From positions 1-39,007 of the IMG/VR virus record IMGVR_UViG_3300027852_000026: a stretch of 39,007 nucleotides of DNA, one strand, 5' to 3'. Both the position numbers and the translations under genes were made by a program. The notes beneath the pieces were generated by a model. It had not been told where the DNA came from. It searched no databases and saw only the letters and a list, made by a program, of their open reading frames with translations. This DNA is from a virus. Shown piece after piece: positions 9,401-17,743 of this stretch; the stretch's first letter is position 1; each line of letters begins with the position of its first letter.

Positions 9401-9544
9401 TTTAACACAAGTGCTGACAGCATGGTGAGTGCCGCTATGACCCAGCAGCAAGCCGCTGCAAATTTTAACGCCGGTGTTGAATCGTTTATATCAGCCCTTA
9501 ATCACTGGATGATCAACAGCAGTGTCGGTGAAATAAACGCATGA
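6404..9544 (+). CDS. tail tape measure protein
   Basis: 1046 aa and the longest ORF. The N-terminal region resembles the TP901-type tape-measure domain (LGIATENLTAMRIQAELSG...FKLFDSGG). The central region is Gly-rich and hydrophobic. Confidence 0.92.
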   Translation: MAKTIKTGLIITGDAKGGVSALKLTDEQLKGLNSTQKKAAQHNKDAGVSFGDATKKAAAYGAAAALAAGAGVALLVKQQLASIDSTAKISDKLGIATENLTAMRIQAELSGVATETLDMGLQRMVRRVGEAAQGTGEAKDALKELNINAVELAKLSPDKQFAAIGDAMGGVGNQADRVRLAFKLFDSGGVALLNTLKGGSAAALEAAAFTEQWGLAINRVDSAKVEMANDAIGKVAMASEGLWKQLAVGVAPALIAVSEGILGVSRELGSAEEQADSMVDGFVSAVGFVGDSVRVLELIWSGYTRLLSEGISRLFTEIASLDKSLTIVLNKLPGFMGGGGFEQNEFLQRTAQMYRDAAEVAAKGFVELSNKALPSALLKKRFKEIEKEVQKTAETIAAQANVSTELVNENINSLPVELETSTAKMVATVQRDAPKAANVYVSAWDKAVERVDATFADAWTGAYDGFKSFGDNIVGSFKTMLAEMAHLAITKPIIIGLGMGGSGTASASSGFGQLLSGGGGGGGGFSITDIISNARSFFNLNGAINGAIDGVVNGLFNAGFQDAAIGVGNVSQGVTGASGGVGGAGGGIATTAVAGFAGSYAGTAVGEGLFGKQANSSIGATAGSTIGAVVGSYVPYIGTALGTAVGGFIGGLADAAFGGDGKKRAALGVRTRAGLAAGGQPQAQGASGLLYTGYTKRAGAGAGETAQQMIDQFVALDAVLTQGVRGLGGTVDLAGKSLTGKAHQAGKSGGDFFGAAAFNSLSGADVKGAADVFVFAWLDAVKNTLPARTRNILSAVDKDAASLVGTVQSLGNIFGAMKVSAGDLFTVADELANKTAVSLFDSYELQTNSTISLAQAYDGSLSSLQAYERAMLQQRDTTFLVAQQIKNTQASLADSFSEIKNSISDALLSPEQLYNTRRGRIGELTNDLKTELDPAAIQRLALDIGSLTKTTFNSIDSSQRAASGTDFVGFIEQIDILARQRLDASAAHVQEGVDVADAVFNTSADSMVSAAMTQQQAAANFNAGVESFISALNHWMINSSVGEINA

Positions 9545-10023
9545 GAACGTTTAGCCCAAACACCGAAGCCGAAATCACAAACACTGTTACCCGGCCCTTA
9601 TTTATTATTGCCCTGGGTTTTGCGACTGTGCGACGCCTGTCGAGCCGTGAAGACGTGGTTTATGACGGCAACACGTATTTATCAGAAACCGTCGACCTGC
9701 GTTTAAACAGTAATTTACTGCGCTTTTATAACGAGGGTTTGAGTTTTTCATCGGTATTTTTAAGCGAAAAAACAGCCGGCATTAGCTGCACTATTTGGCA
9801 GCTTTATGGTGACGCGCCGTTTTCAGCCGGTGATGCCGATATTGTTTTCGATGGCGAACTGGGCGCTGCCACCGTAGGTGAATGGATTGGCGTGGCCCTA
9901 CGTAAAACGCCATCAATACTGGTGCCAAGGCTGTACGCAAGCGAGCCAACACTAAACCATATTCCACCCGACGGGTTAGAAATAGCCACGCCCTACGGCC
10001 TTTATAAAATGGAGCGCAATTAA
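9541..10023 (+). CDS. minor tail protein (distal tail candidate)
   Basis: 160 aa, with a 4-bp overlap onto the tape measure stop. It is the first gene after the tape measure. Confidence 0.6.
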   Translation: MRTFSPNTEAEITNTVTRPLFIIALGFATVRRLSSREDVVYDGNTYLSETVDLRLNSNLLRFYNEGLSFSSVFLSEKTAGISCTIWQLYGDAPFSAGDADIVFDGELGAATVGEWIGVALRKTPSILVPRLYASEPTLNHIPPDGLEIATPYGLYKMERN

Positions 10024-10349
10024 TGGCCGCTTATCCATCGGTGCCCATGCTCACAGTCGTTGAGGCCCGTGCGTCGTTAAAAATAGATGCTGCAGTATCG
10101 GGTGCCGTGCGCGGTATTGACCTTAGCGCAGAAGATATTTTTGATATTGAGGTTACTCACTCGCTGTTAACAGAGGCCGAGCGTGACACCGTTATTAATT
10201 TTTATATTGCCAACAAGTCACTTGTCGTGGCGCTAACCGCTGGCGATGGCAACACCTATGACGTGCTGTTTTCAGCGCGCCCCAGCGTGTCAGTGGTTAC
10301 CCCTATTCGCTTTACCGTTGTTGCCAACATGGTGGGCAATAAACAATGA
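10023..10349 (+). CDS. minor tail protein
   Basis: 108 aa, overlapping both neighbours (TAATG and ATGA). Confidence 0.6.
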   Translation: MAAYPSVPMLTVVEARASLKIDAAVSGAVRGIDLSAEDIFDIEVTHSLLTEAERDTVINFYIANKSLVVALTAGDGNTYDVLFSARPSVSVVTPIRFTVVANMVGNKQ

Positions 10350-12235
10350 CCACCATTCCACAGTGGGTATCTATTGGTGCTGTTACTCCAGCAGGCACGG
10401 CAAATATCCAGGCCACCGCAAAAGAATTGCGAGCCACCATCGTGGCAGGCGAAGCGCCAATACCTGTTGTGTATGGCGAGGTGCAAATAGGCGGGCAGGT
10501 ATTTGCTACCACGTTTGCCGGTGGGTTTTGGTATTTAGGTGTTTTATTTTGTGTTGGTGAAGTTGAAGCGGTTGACGCTATTTATTTAAACGGCGCGGCC
10601 CCTGTAAGCGGTGTCACAGTAAACACCTACACCGGCACCACCGGGCAAACGGCAGACGCGCTGCTTAGCGCGGCCATTAGTGGTTATGCTGACACACTGG
10701 TTATTAGCCACCCGGCCGGTGATGTGGGTATTTGTTATGCAGTCATTAAATACACCGATGCGCATTACAGTGGCCTGCCCAGTATGGTGGCCAAGATTCG
10801 CGGGCGTAAGGTTTATAATACAGCAACAACGCTGACCGCTTACACCGCAAACCCTGCGTTGTGTTTGCGTGATTTTATTAGCAATGCAGCTTTCGGCATG
10901 GGCGAGACGGTAGATGATGCAAGCGCTACCATTGTGGCCAGTGCTTGCGATGCGGTGGTGGTAGCGAATGCCAGGCGCACAATTGGCCTGGCAATTACAT
11001 CCGCAAAAGACCCACAAAAATGGGGCGATATTCTCGCCATGTACGCGGGGGCCTGGGTGTTTAAATCAAGTGACAAGTGGGCTTTTATTGCCGACCGTCC
11101 GGCATCGTCAGTCGCCACTTTTACCGACGCCAATATAGTTGCCGACACCTTTAAAATAGCCATTGCCGACAGCGCTCAGGCGCCCACGGTTATCGAGGTT
11201 GCCTACATAGATAAAACTGACCTGCAGTGGCGCGAGCGCACAGCGCCTGCAGAGCTGCCCGGCGTAAGCACTGGCGCAACACCCCGGCGTGTCTCTCGCG
11301 TTAATATGCTAGGCGTTAATCGCTACGAGCAGGCCAAGCGCGAAGCACAGGAAAGGCTTAACAAGTTACAGCAAACCGTATCGATTGCCTTTACCGCGTT
11401 TGATAATCACATAGGCGTAGAGATTGGCGACGTGATTACCGTCACCCACAGTTACGGCATATCGGCTCAAGAATTTAGAGTAAAGAAACAACCCAAACTG
11501 GTAAGCCCTGGCCGCGTTGCTATTGAAGCTGTGTGGTATGACGCTGCTGACTATAACGACACTGAAACCGCAGCGCCAACTTATGGTGACAGTGCTGACA
11601 GGCTGGGTGTTGAGCCAACCAGTGACGAGCTAACCGGCGCAGGCGACTGGCCAGACGTAACCAATAAGCCCGATTTTGGCGACCTGTCGTTACTCGACTT
11701 GATTGACACGGATGAAGTGGTTGCCAACGCGATTACCGGCCACGTTATATCGGAGGAGACTACTGATCAGACGGTAGTTCCTCGGCGTCCAACGGGTACA
11801 GTGGTACCAAGTTTAGATATTAGCATCGCGTCGGTTGTTCACACCTTGGCGAATGTTGCTATAGCCGGCCCTGGCGATGTTGTTGACGTGACGTTTGATG
11901 TTCGGCTTAGCATGACGAACTATTATACGAATTTAGTTTATAACTCTATAAAGTACAACAATTCAATGTATTTTGCTGTAAGGCGCGGCATATCTGGGCC
12001 TGTTGTTCATAGAGAGATACTTAATGTGAGAACGCCGACCGGATCGAATGTGTACACAAATGGAAATCTTTTTGTTCCGGCTATTGGTGTTGTCGATACG
12101 GGAGTGGCTGCCGGGGCGTATACCTATTACCTTTACATTCAACCTATTGACATGGTTTATCAGATTTACTCAGGGCAAGCAATGATCACAAAAGTAACCA
12201 ACTCCACCGGTCGCGCAGTGGTTTATAAAAAATGA
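10346..12235 (+). CDS. tail tip / host-specificity protein (gpJ-like, Phage-tail_3-type N-terminal region)
   Basis: 629 aa. GEAPIPVVYGEVQIGGQVF resembles the conserved IPVVYG..R.GG motif of J-like central tail proteins, and the gene position fits. Confidence 0.7.
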   Translation: MTTIPQWVSIGAVTPAGTANIQATAKELRATIVAGEAPIPVVYGEVQIGGQVFATTFAGGFWYLGVLFCVGEVEAVDAIYLNGAAPVSGVTVNTYTGTTGQTADALLSAAISGYADTLVISHPAGDVGICYAVIKYTDAHYSGLPSMVAKIRGRKVYNTATTLTAYTANPALCLRDFISNAAFGMGETVDDASATIVASACDAVVVANARRTIGLAITSAKDPQKWGDILAMYAGAWVFKSSDKWAFIADRPASSVATFTDANIVADTFKIAIADSAQAPTVIEVAYIDKTDLQWRERTAPAELPGVSTGATPRRVSRVNMLGVNRYEQAKREAQERLNKLQQTVSIAFTAFDNHIGVEIGDVITVTHSYGISAQEFRVKKQPKLVSPGRVAIEAVWYDAADYNDTETAAPTYGDSADRLGVEPTSDELTGAGDWPDVTNKPDFGDLSLLDLIDTDEVVANAITGHVISEETTDQTVVPRRPTGTVVPSLDISIASVVHTLANVAIAGPGDVVDVTFDVRLSMTNYYTNLVYNSIKYNNSMYFAVRRGISGPVVHREILNVRTPTGSNVYTNGNLFVPAIGVVDTGVAAGAYTYYLYIQPIDMVYQIYSGQAMITKVTNSTGRAVVYKK

Positions 12236-13056
12236 AGTGTTTTTTACGCTTTGATGCCGACGGCAGAATAATTGGCAAGCAGCGGCGCACGGGCGACCAG
12301 TTGCCAGCTATTGAGCTTGACGAGCAAGGCGCGGCGTTGCCTTACCCTGACTTTATTGGCGAAGAGATTACCGCCCCCGATTTTATTAAATACCAGGACC
12401 ATGACCGCTGGTGGCGTGATGCGGGTGAAATTAAGCCTCGCACAAAAATAGCCATACCATTGCCAGCCCGCCAGCGCCTTGCTGCCCAGCCCGCTATTTT
12501 ATGGGAGCGAGTGCCTGGTGACGCAGGTGCGGCAGGATGGCAGCCCGGCGCCGTGGTTAGTGTTGATGCTATTGTTTCTATCAAGCCGTATTTGGCCTAC
12601 CAGTGCAAAAAGGCGGGTGTTACCGGGCTTGTGCCGCCAGAGTGGGGCGCCGACACTGTATGGGAGCCTATGCCCGCCGTAAAGTGGGCGCGCACAAGAA
12701 GGGCTGTGGCCGGTGGCGAGCAAGGCTGGCAGGCGTATTCTATTTACGCGGCAGGTGAGTTGGTGCTTTTTGGCGGCATTATTTGGCGGGCTATGGCCGC
12801 TGGTGTATCTGCAGCGCGTAGGCCTGCGTTTGCCGGTGCTGGTGAGGGTGCCGAGCTTTCTGATCGTGACGAGTTATCTATACCGCTGCCTGACCTTGGC
12901 GGCCATAAAGTGATTATGAAAATAGCTGGTGAGCGGCACGAGCTCACCGAGCGTGTTGATGTGTTTAAGCCCGAGCCCGGCATGATAACGGTCGAGCTAG
13001 ACAGCCCTGGTTTTTATTCTGACCCTTATTTTATTATTGTTGAGACGCAAGACTAA
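12232..13056 (+). CDS. tail-associated protein with Trp/aromatic repeats reminiscent of CBM5/12 carbohydrate-binding modules
   Basis: 274 aa, ATGA-coupled to the J-like gene. The segments WQPGAVVSVDAIVSIKPYLAYQC and WQAYSIYAAGELVLFGGIIWRA resemble W..g..Y..Gd.V...g..y.a. Confidence 0.5.
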   Translation: MKCFLRFDADGRIIGKQRRTGDQLPAIELDEQGAALPYPDFIGEEITAPDFIKYQDHDRWWRDAGEIKPRTKIAIPLPARQRLAAQPAILWERVPGDAGAAGWQPGAVVSVDAIVSIKPYLAYQCKKAGVTGLVPPEWGADTVWEPMPAVKWARTRRAVAGGEQGWQAYSIYAAGELVLFGGIIWRAMAAGVSAARRPAFAGAGEGAELSDRDELSIPLPDLGGHKVIMKIAGERHELTERVDVFKPEPGMITVELDSPGFYSDPYFIIVETQD

Positions 13057-13418
13057 TGGCGCAAAAACTACAAGCGGCCAACAGCCCAGCAGGCGGGCAC
13101 CCCGACACCGCGCCCGACAACACTATTCAGCGCAACACGGCTGCCATTGGCAAATTAGTTTTTACCGTTAACGAACACAAAGCCGCCATGGCCGATATGG
13201 CCAAAGAAATTAGCCAGCAAATGCAGGCGATGGCCGAGCACCGCAAAATAATTGACGCTCACTTTGCAGAAACCCAGCGCAGTGCCGACACCGTGGCTGA
13301 GCTGGTGCTTGAAATGCGCGCCTTGAATTTAGCAATACCCGCATTAATTGACGCGGTGGGCGAGCATGTGCCGGCGCTGGTAGAAAACACCAAGGCAATA
13401 AAGGGTTTTCGCTTGTAA
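13056..13418 (+). CDS. hypothetical helical / coiled-coil protein
   Basis: 120 aa, with TAATG coupling at both ends. Confidence 0.6.
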   Translation: MAQKLQAANSPAGGHPDTAPDNTIQRNTAAIGKLVFTVNEHKAAMADMAKEISQQMQAMAEHRKIIDAHFAETQRSADTVAELVLEMRALNLAIPALIDAVGEHVPALVENTKAIKGFRL

Positions 13419-14692
13419 TGCCCGAAAACATCGCCTCGCGCATCGCCAAACTGGCCGCTATTGCACCAGAGCCGCTGAGCGAGGCGCAGGCCATTGCAGC
13501 GCGTCGCCTATACTCAACCCTAGCCCAGCTTGAGTATATTGCTGTGCTGGCCGCTGAGCGAGGCGATTGTGTTGACGGCCAGCTCGAGGATGAGCTGGTA
13601 CACCGTGGCGTATTTATTCAGCTTGCTCAGCAGCTCGGCGGCGTGTGTGTGGTTAGCCCGGAAACCCGTGAGCTGGTTGCCAAGCTAGAAGCAATGCGCG
13701 GGCCGCAGTCGTTGTTGTTGTTAAATATTGTTGCAGAAACATGGCTCGAAACTGTTTTTGATGAGCTCGCAAAGCCCGGTTGGGGCAGTGAATTATTTGC
13801 GGCCGTTGAAGCCGACGAAGCCCGTCATGTTGCCGGTGCCTGGGCCGCTGAAATACCCGATGCCGCGGCCATGCGCGATGACCTGGCAGACATTGAAAAA
13901 GCCCTGGCAAATATAGGTTTGTCGACAGGTTTTATTTTACCGCTGCGCCACCTTCGCGGTGCAGCGTTTTGCGGCAACATGGGCCTTGCGGCTATTGCTA
14001 GTCATGAAAAAGTTTGCGCCCGCCTTGGTGTTGCGCCGGGGCGAGTTATTGGTAAATTAAAAGCCTTTAGCCGTGGCATTAAAATGCTGCCGATGCCCGA
14101 TGTTATTAAACCAACGCCGGGGCGGCTGTCGTTAATGCGGGCATCGCCTGTGCCGTTTGTAATGGACTCTATTATTAGCGTGCCCAACCGCTTCGCGCTG
14201 CCCTTGGCCGCCGTGGTAAAAGCCGCCAGCCAAACACTGCACGACCACTCCGAGCTGCGCCGGGCAATGCGTGGCGATGTGCTGTACCAGCACAGCGAAG
14301 CCACCGTTTATGTGCGGGTAAAAATGCCCACCGGCATTATGTCGGTAAGCCTGCGTGCTGCCTGGCAACACACCCCGCGAGAAATTTACCGGCAAATAAA
14401 AAAACAACGGGCAAGGCTGGCCCGGCGCAAGCACTACCCACTGCCCCCGCTGGGTGACATGGAGCCACTGCTACCGCCAGCGCAAGCCGCACTGGCAGTG
14501 ACCGATATATCACGCTGGGGTTTTGACAATGGCACCACCCCGCTTGTGCCGGCAGAAGGCGTACCAATTGTCATAACGCTGGGTATAATAACAGTGGATA
14601 AAATCACAGTATCCTTTTCAATGGACCACCGTGTTTTTGATGCCTCAGACATGGGCCTGCTGCGGGATAGTTTGCTTGATCATTTAGGGTAA
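13418..14692 (+). CDS. two-domain protein: N-terminal ferritin-like di-iron domain fused to a C-terminal 2-oxoacid-dehydrogenase (E2) / CAT-like acyltransferase domain
   Basis: 424 aa. Two E...ExxH pairs are present (LEY..EDELVH at residues ~39-62 and ETWLETVFDE..EADEARH at ~107-137). The C-terminus is collinear with the E2 catalytic domain and ends in SFSMDHRVFDASDMGLL, a variant of the DHRxxDG motif. Confidence 0.55.
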   Translation: MPENIASRIAKLAAIAPEPLSEAQAIAARRLYSTLAQLEYIAVLAAERGDCVDGQLEDELVHRGVFIQLAQQLGGVCVVSPETRELVAKLEAMRGPQSLLLLNIVAETWLETVFDELAKPGWGSELFAAVEADEARHVAGAWAAEIPDAAAMRDDLADIEKALANIGLSTGFILPLRHLRGAAFCGNMGLAAIASHEKVCARLGVAPGRVIGKLKAFSRGIKMLPMPDVIKPTPGRLSLMRASPVPFVMDSIISVPNRFALPLAAVVKAASQTLHDHSELRRAMRGDVLYQHSEATVYVRVKMPTGIMSVSLRAAWQHTPREIYRQIKKQRARLARRKHYPLPPLGDMEPLLPPAQAALAVTDISRWGFDNGTTPLVPAEGVPIVITLGIITVDKITVSFSMDHRVFDASDMGLLRDSLLDHLG

Positions 14693-14740
14693 TGGCATGG
14701 GTAGCAAGGTAAGGCTCGACCCTGTAGAGGGGTTTTTAGT

Positions 14741-14992
14741 ATGCGCGGCTACGCCGTTGCGGGTGACCCTGCAATTCCGTTGGTTGATGAGGGCCGAGAA
14801 TACTGCGCAGTGGCAACCATCACTATTGCCGGACACGTTGCCATAGCCACGCTAACTAAAGGTGATTTAAAAGGCTGGCAACTGTGGGCAGATATTGACG
14901 CAGCCCTGCGGGCAAAAGGTGTTACAGAGCTGCATTGGCAGCGACATAAAAATGGAAAAGTTTTAAACAAAAAAAGGCGAATTAAATCATGA
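14741..14992 (+). CDS. hypothetical protein
   Basis: 83 aa. GAGGGG lies 8 nt upstream of the ATG, and the stop overlaps the next ATG (ATGA). Confidence 0.55.
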   Translation: MRGYAVAGDPAIPLVDEGREYCAVATITIAGHVAIATLTKGDLKGWQLWADIDAALRAKGVTELHWQRHKNGKVLNKKRRIKS

Positions 14993-15489
14993 TTAAAAAT
15001 ATTCTTTTATCTGTTTTGTTATTGGTTAGCTTTGGCGCGTTTGCTGAGTTCGACCAAACTAACCCGGCACATTTGCTGACTCTAAAGACAGAGGTTAACG
15101 ACGACCCGATTGGCATGGGGTATAGCGAGGTTGTTAACGTAACCTCTCGACTGCTAGCGATGCTCAACGAGCCAGAACAAAACGTGGGTGGTGAAAACAC
15201 GAGCATTGAACTAACGGTTGACGCACTATTTGATGCTGTTGACCCTGCTGATTTAGACGGGCCGCAAGTGAGCCAGGGTGAGCGTGATTTGCTTCTGTCG
15301 CTGATGGCACGAGATTTAAGTCTTAGCCTTGAGCACAGGCGCGCACAGATACGCGACTGGTTTCGCACTAACTCAACTACTGTGGATAACCTTGACGCGA
15401 TGGTGCGACTACTGTCGAGAGCAGAAGTGTTATTCGGGGCAGGCACTGTAATTAGCAAGGCAGACTGGCTAGCAGCGAGGGACAGCTAA
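14989..15489 (+). CDS. secreted protein with a Sec signal peptide, function unknown
   Basis: 166 aa. The N-terminus MIKNILLSVLLLVSFGAFA/EF has n-, h- and AxA-type c-regions. This is the first gene of an AT-richer block. Confidence 0.7.
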   Translation: MIKNILLSVLLLVSFGAFAEFDQTNPAHLLTLKTEVNDDPIGMGYSEVVNVTSRLLAMLNEPEQNVGGENTSIELTVDALFDAVDPADLDGPQVSQGERDLLLSLMARDLSLSLEHRRAQIRDWFRTNSTTVDNLDAMVRLLSRAEVLFGAGTVISKADWLAARDS

Positions 15490-15938
15490 TGACTATCCTT
15501 GATAGTGATCTGCTTACAGAGATACAAGCGGGTATTAATGTAGGGTTAGGTGCGCGATTAATCACGCGACAGCTTAATCTGCCTGGCAGTGCTTTAATAC
15601 CATCATGGGTGGTTTCTCCTGACAGCGCCGCAGTAGACAAAGAGCTGTTCCTGCAAGAGCTGTCACTGACAGAAGCCGGGGCATTGCAAACACTCATGGA
15701 TAGCGGCACACCTGAAGGGCAGGCGCTGAAGTTCAAGTTAAATCAATCCAGCACTATTGACATGAGTAAAACAACAAACCGCGACTTTGTGGCTGCACTA
15801 AAGTTAGGCGGTGCGATCAGTGCCACGACGGCGGCTAGTTTGTTAAGACTTGGTGAAGTGCAAGCTAGCAGGTCGCAGGAGCTATGGGAAGTTGCGGTAT
15901 CTATCAAACAAGTTAAATCTGTGATGGGGGTAGTGTAA
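15489..15938 (+). CDS. hypothetical protein, weak signal-less paralogue of the preceding gene
   Basis: 149 aa. Collinear weak similarity to the upstream product (RDWF/RDFV; LLSRAEVLFGAGTVISKAD versus ASRSQELWEVAVSIKQVKS), plus TAATG coupling. Confidence 0.6.
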   Translation: MTILDSDLLTEIQAGINVGLGARLITRQLNLPGSALIPSWVVSPDSAAVDKELFLQELSLTEAGALQTLMDSGTPEGQALKFKLNQSSTIDMSKTTNRDFVAALKLGGAISATTAASLLRLGEVQASRSQELWEVAVSIKQVKSVMGVV

Positions 15939-16336
15939 TGGCTAGAGGCTTTGATAGATTTTTAGATAGCTTCCCTTGTCAAGCCAGTGCAGTAATCTCT
16001 GCTGATGCGGTTTCTAGCGGCACAAAAGTTGCGTATGACACCAGCCCCGGAGACCTTTTTATGGACGGGTGCAGGGAAGCAGAAGTAGAGATTGACGTAA
16101 CGGCTGCACCTGCGTCTGTAGCTCAATGTGAGATATACCATGAGCCGCTACAGCATGGAGGTGTGGGCAATACATCTGCAAAGGTAGTTGGCAGAGTGCA
16201 AATAGAAACAATAGTGGATAAGTACACAGTCAATGTTACCGGCCTATCGGAAAAAGGTTATATCTACCTAAAGGCAATAGATGCAGGTTTCACTGCTAGC
16301 GCGGCAATGCGCGGCATTTATATAGCTGATAGCTAG
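15938..16336 (+). CDS. hypothetical protein, beta-rich by composition
   Basis: 132 aa, TAATG-coupled. Confidence 0.6.
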   Translation: MARGFDRFLDSFPCQASAVISADAVSSGTKVAYDTSPGDLFMDGCREAEVEIDVTAAPASVAQCEIYHEPLQHGGVGNTSAKVVGRVQIETIVDKYTVNVTGLSEKGYIYLKAIDAGFTASAAMRGIYIADS

Positions 16337-17175
16337 TGTCAATCCTTATACGGAAAGATAAAGAATTCTGGCAGAGGAAGCCTTCTGGGCTGATTGAGTT
16401 AAGTTATGAAAATTGCATAGCACCAGAACTTGATCTGTTTGTCCCCTTTGACGGGACGGTATTGGCGCATGGAGGGTTATCGCTAGGTGATCCAACGCTG
16501 GAGTCTAGTGGATCTGATACAGAGTACCTTCAATGGGCAGATGACGGGCTGGAAAACAGCATTTATGATGGCGTTTACTCTGACGGCATGGGTGTACGTA
16601 CACAACTGCGCGATGACCTTGTCTACTCAGATCGGCTTGTCGGAGCGCAAATACGGAGTGTTGGCGGCAATTTCATCAGTTACAACTTTGTAATAGGTGG
16701 GGATAATTGGGATGACTCATTAAAAAGCTGTAGGGGGACTCGGCACAACGGTATCGCTGTTGCTGGCGATGGTACGGATATACATATTGAGGTCGCGGCA
16801 AGATCCGCGATATTTGCAGGCGCGTTGATTAGGGACGGTCTGCCGCATACATATATTGCTCATGTATCAACGCCATCGACTAGAGAAGTTTCGTTGTTTA
16901 TTGATGGCGTGTTATTCGGCACTCAGTCGGTTGGCGTAGCAAGTTTTAAGGTGGCTAACGAGTTTAATTTCGGGGCTGGTGACTGGCAGAACCGGGGTTT
17001 AAATGGGGTTGTGAACTCGTGCTTCTACATCAATGGTAAAGTAGACATTGGGGTGGCGAAGTCACTCTCAGAAAACCCTTATCAGGTTGTAAAAAAACGC
17101 CGTAAATACTGGGTTATGCCAAGCGGCGCAACAAGCTCTGCCCCAATAATGGCCTCAGTCCTACGAGGTGCTTAA
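16336..17175 (+). CDS. LamG/concanavalin-like jelly-roll domain protein (possible fibre or receptor-binding accessory)
   Basis: 279 aa with a GTG start overlapping the upstream stop. FNFGAGDWQNRGLNGVVNSCFYINGKVDIGVAKSLSENPYQV resembles the C-terminal strands of Laminin_G_3 domains. Confidence 0.45.
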   Translation: MSILIRKDKEFWQRKPSGLIELSYENCIAPELDLFVPFDGTVLAHGGLSLGDPTLESSGSDTEYLQWADDGLENSIYDGVYSDGMGVRTQLRDDLVYSDRLVGAQIRSVGGNFISYNFVIGGDNWDDSLKSCRGTRHNGIAVAGDGTDIHIEVAARSAIFAGALIRDGLPHTYIAHVSTPSTREVSLFIDGVLFGTQSVGVASFKVANEFNFGAGDWQNRGLNGVVNSCFYINGKVDIGVAKSLSENPYQVVKKRRKYWVMPSGATSSAPIMASVLRGA

Positions 17176-17670
17176 ATGCCCACAATCTATCGCGGTGGCA
17201 TGACCACCCTGTGGTTCACGCTGCAATCAAACGAGGAGCTAGGCATTCTCGACACCGATTATATTGAAGATTATTTCGGTAACGACGGGCAGGCCTCGCT
17301 CTATCATATAAGCACCGATACCTATTACCCGGTTGTTATGATTGCCCAGCCCGACCAAACGCCTGATATTGACAATGATGTATTTATGGGCAGTTATTTG
17401 TTCAGTTTATTGCCCGATGGCGATTACGAAATACGTGGCCGGGTGCGTGATGTTGTGGGTAATTACACGATATTAAGCGCCGTACAAAACCCGGCGGGCG
17501 GTGAGGGTGTGCAGGCCCTGAGCCTGACTATTGTCGATGGTTTTGGCACTATTTATGTCATTAATGCTGGGCCGCTGTTAATTCGTACAGGTATCGACAC
17601 GGGTGCGCATATTGGTCCAGTCATCGCCGCGCCTTTGTCTTTTGGTTTGGCTGCTGCCGCCCCTTCGTGA
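17176..17670 (+). CDS. hypothetical protein, Ig-like/beta-sandwich by composition
   Basis: 164 aa. The ATG comes directly after the upstream TAA. Confidence 0.55.
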   Translation: MPTIYRGGMTTLWFTLQSNEELGILDTDYIEDYFGNDGQASLYHISTDTYYPVVMIAQPDQTPDIDNDVFMGSYLFSLLPDGDYEIRGRVRDVVGNYTILSAVQNPAGGEGVQALSLTIVDGFGTIYVINAGPLLIRTGIDTGAHIGPVIAAPLSFGLAAAAPS

Positions 17671-17743
17671 TTTTTGTATTTCAAGGTCACAAGGAATATC
17701 AATGGCTTACGTGCTTTGCTTGTCTGTAATTTAAAGGGTTTTT

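Noticed and set aside
14693-14740. The hairpin CCCT-gtag-AGGG followed by GTTTTT after the di-iron/acyltransferase gene, considered as a terminator.
   Set aside because: The stem is only 4 bp, and its 3' half doubles as the GAGGGG ribosome-binding site of the next gene. It is unlikely to terminate efficiently.
17702-17734. A 10-codon mini-ORF (MAYVLCLSVI) with AAGGA 6 nt upstream, in the 73-bp gap before 17744.
   Set aside because: It is too short to support from sequence alone. The SD-like element could equally be chance in an AT-rich spacer.
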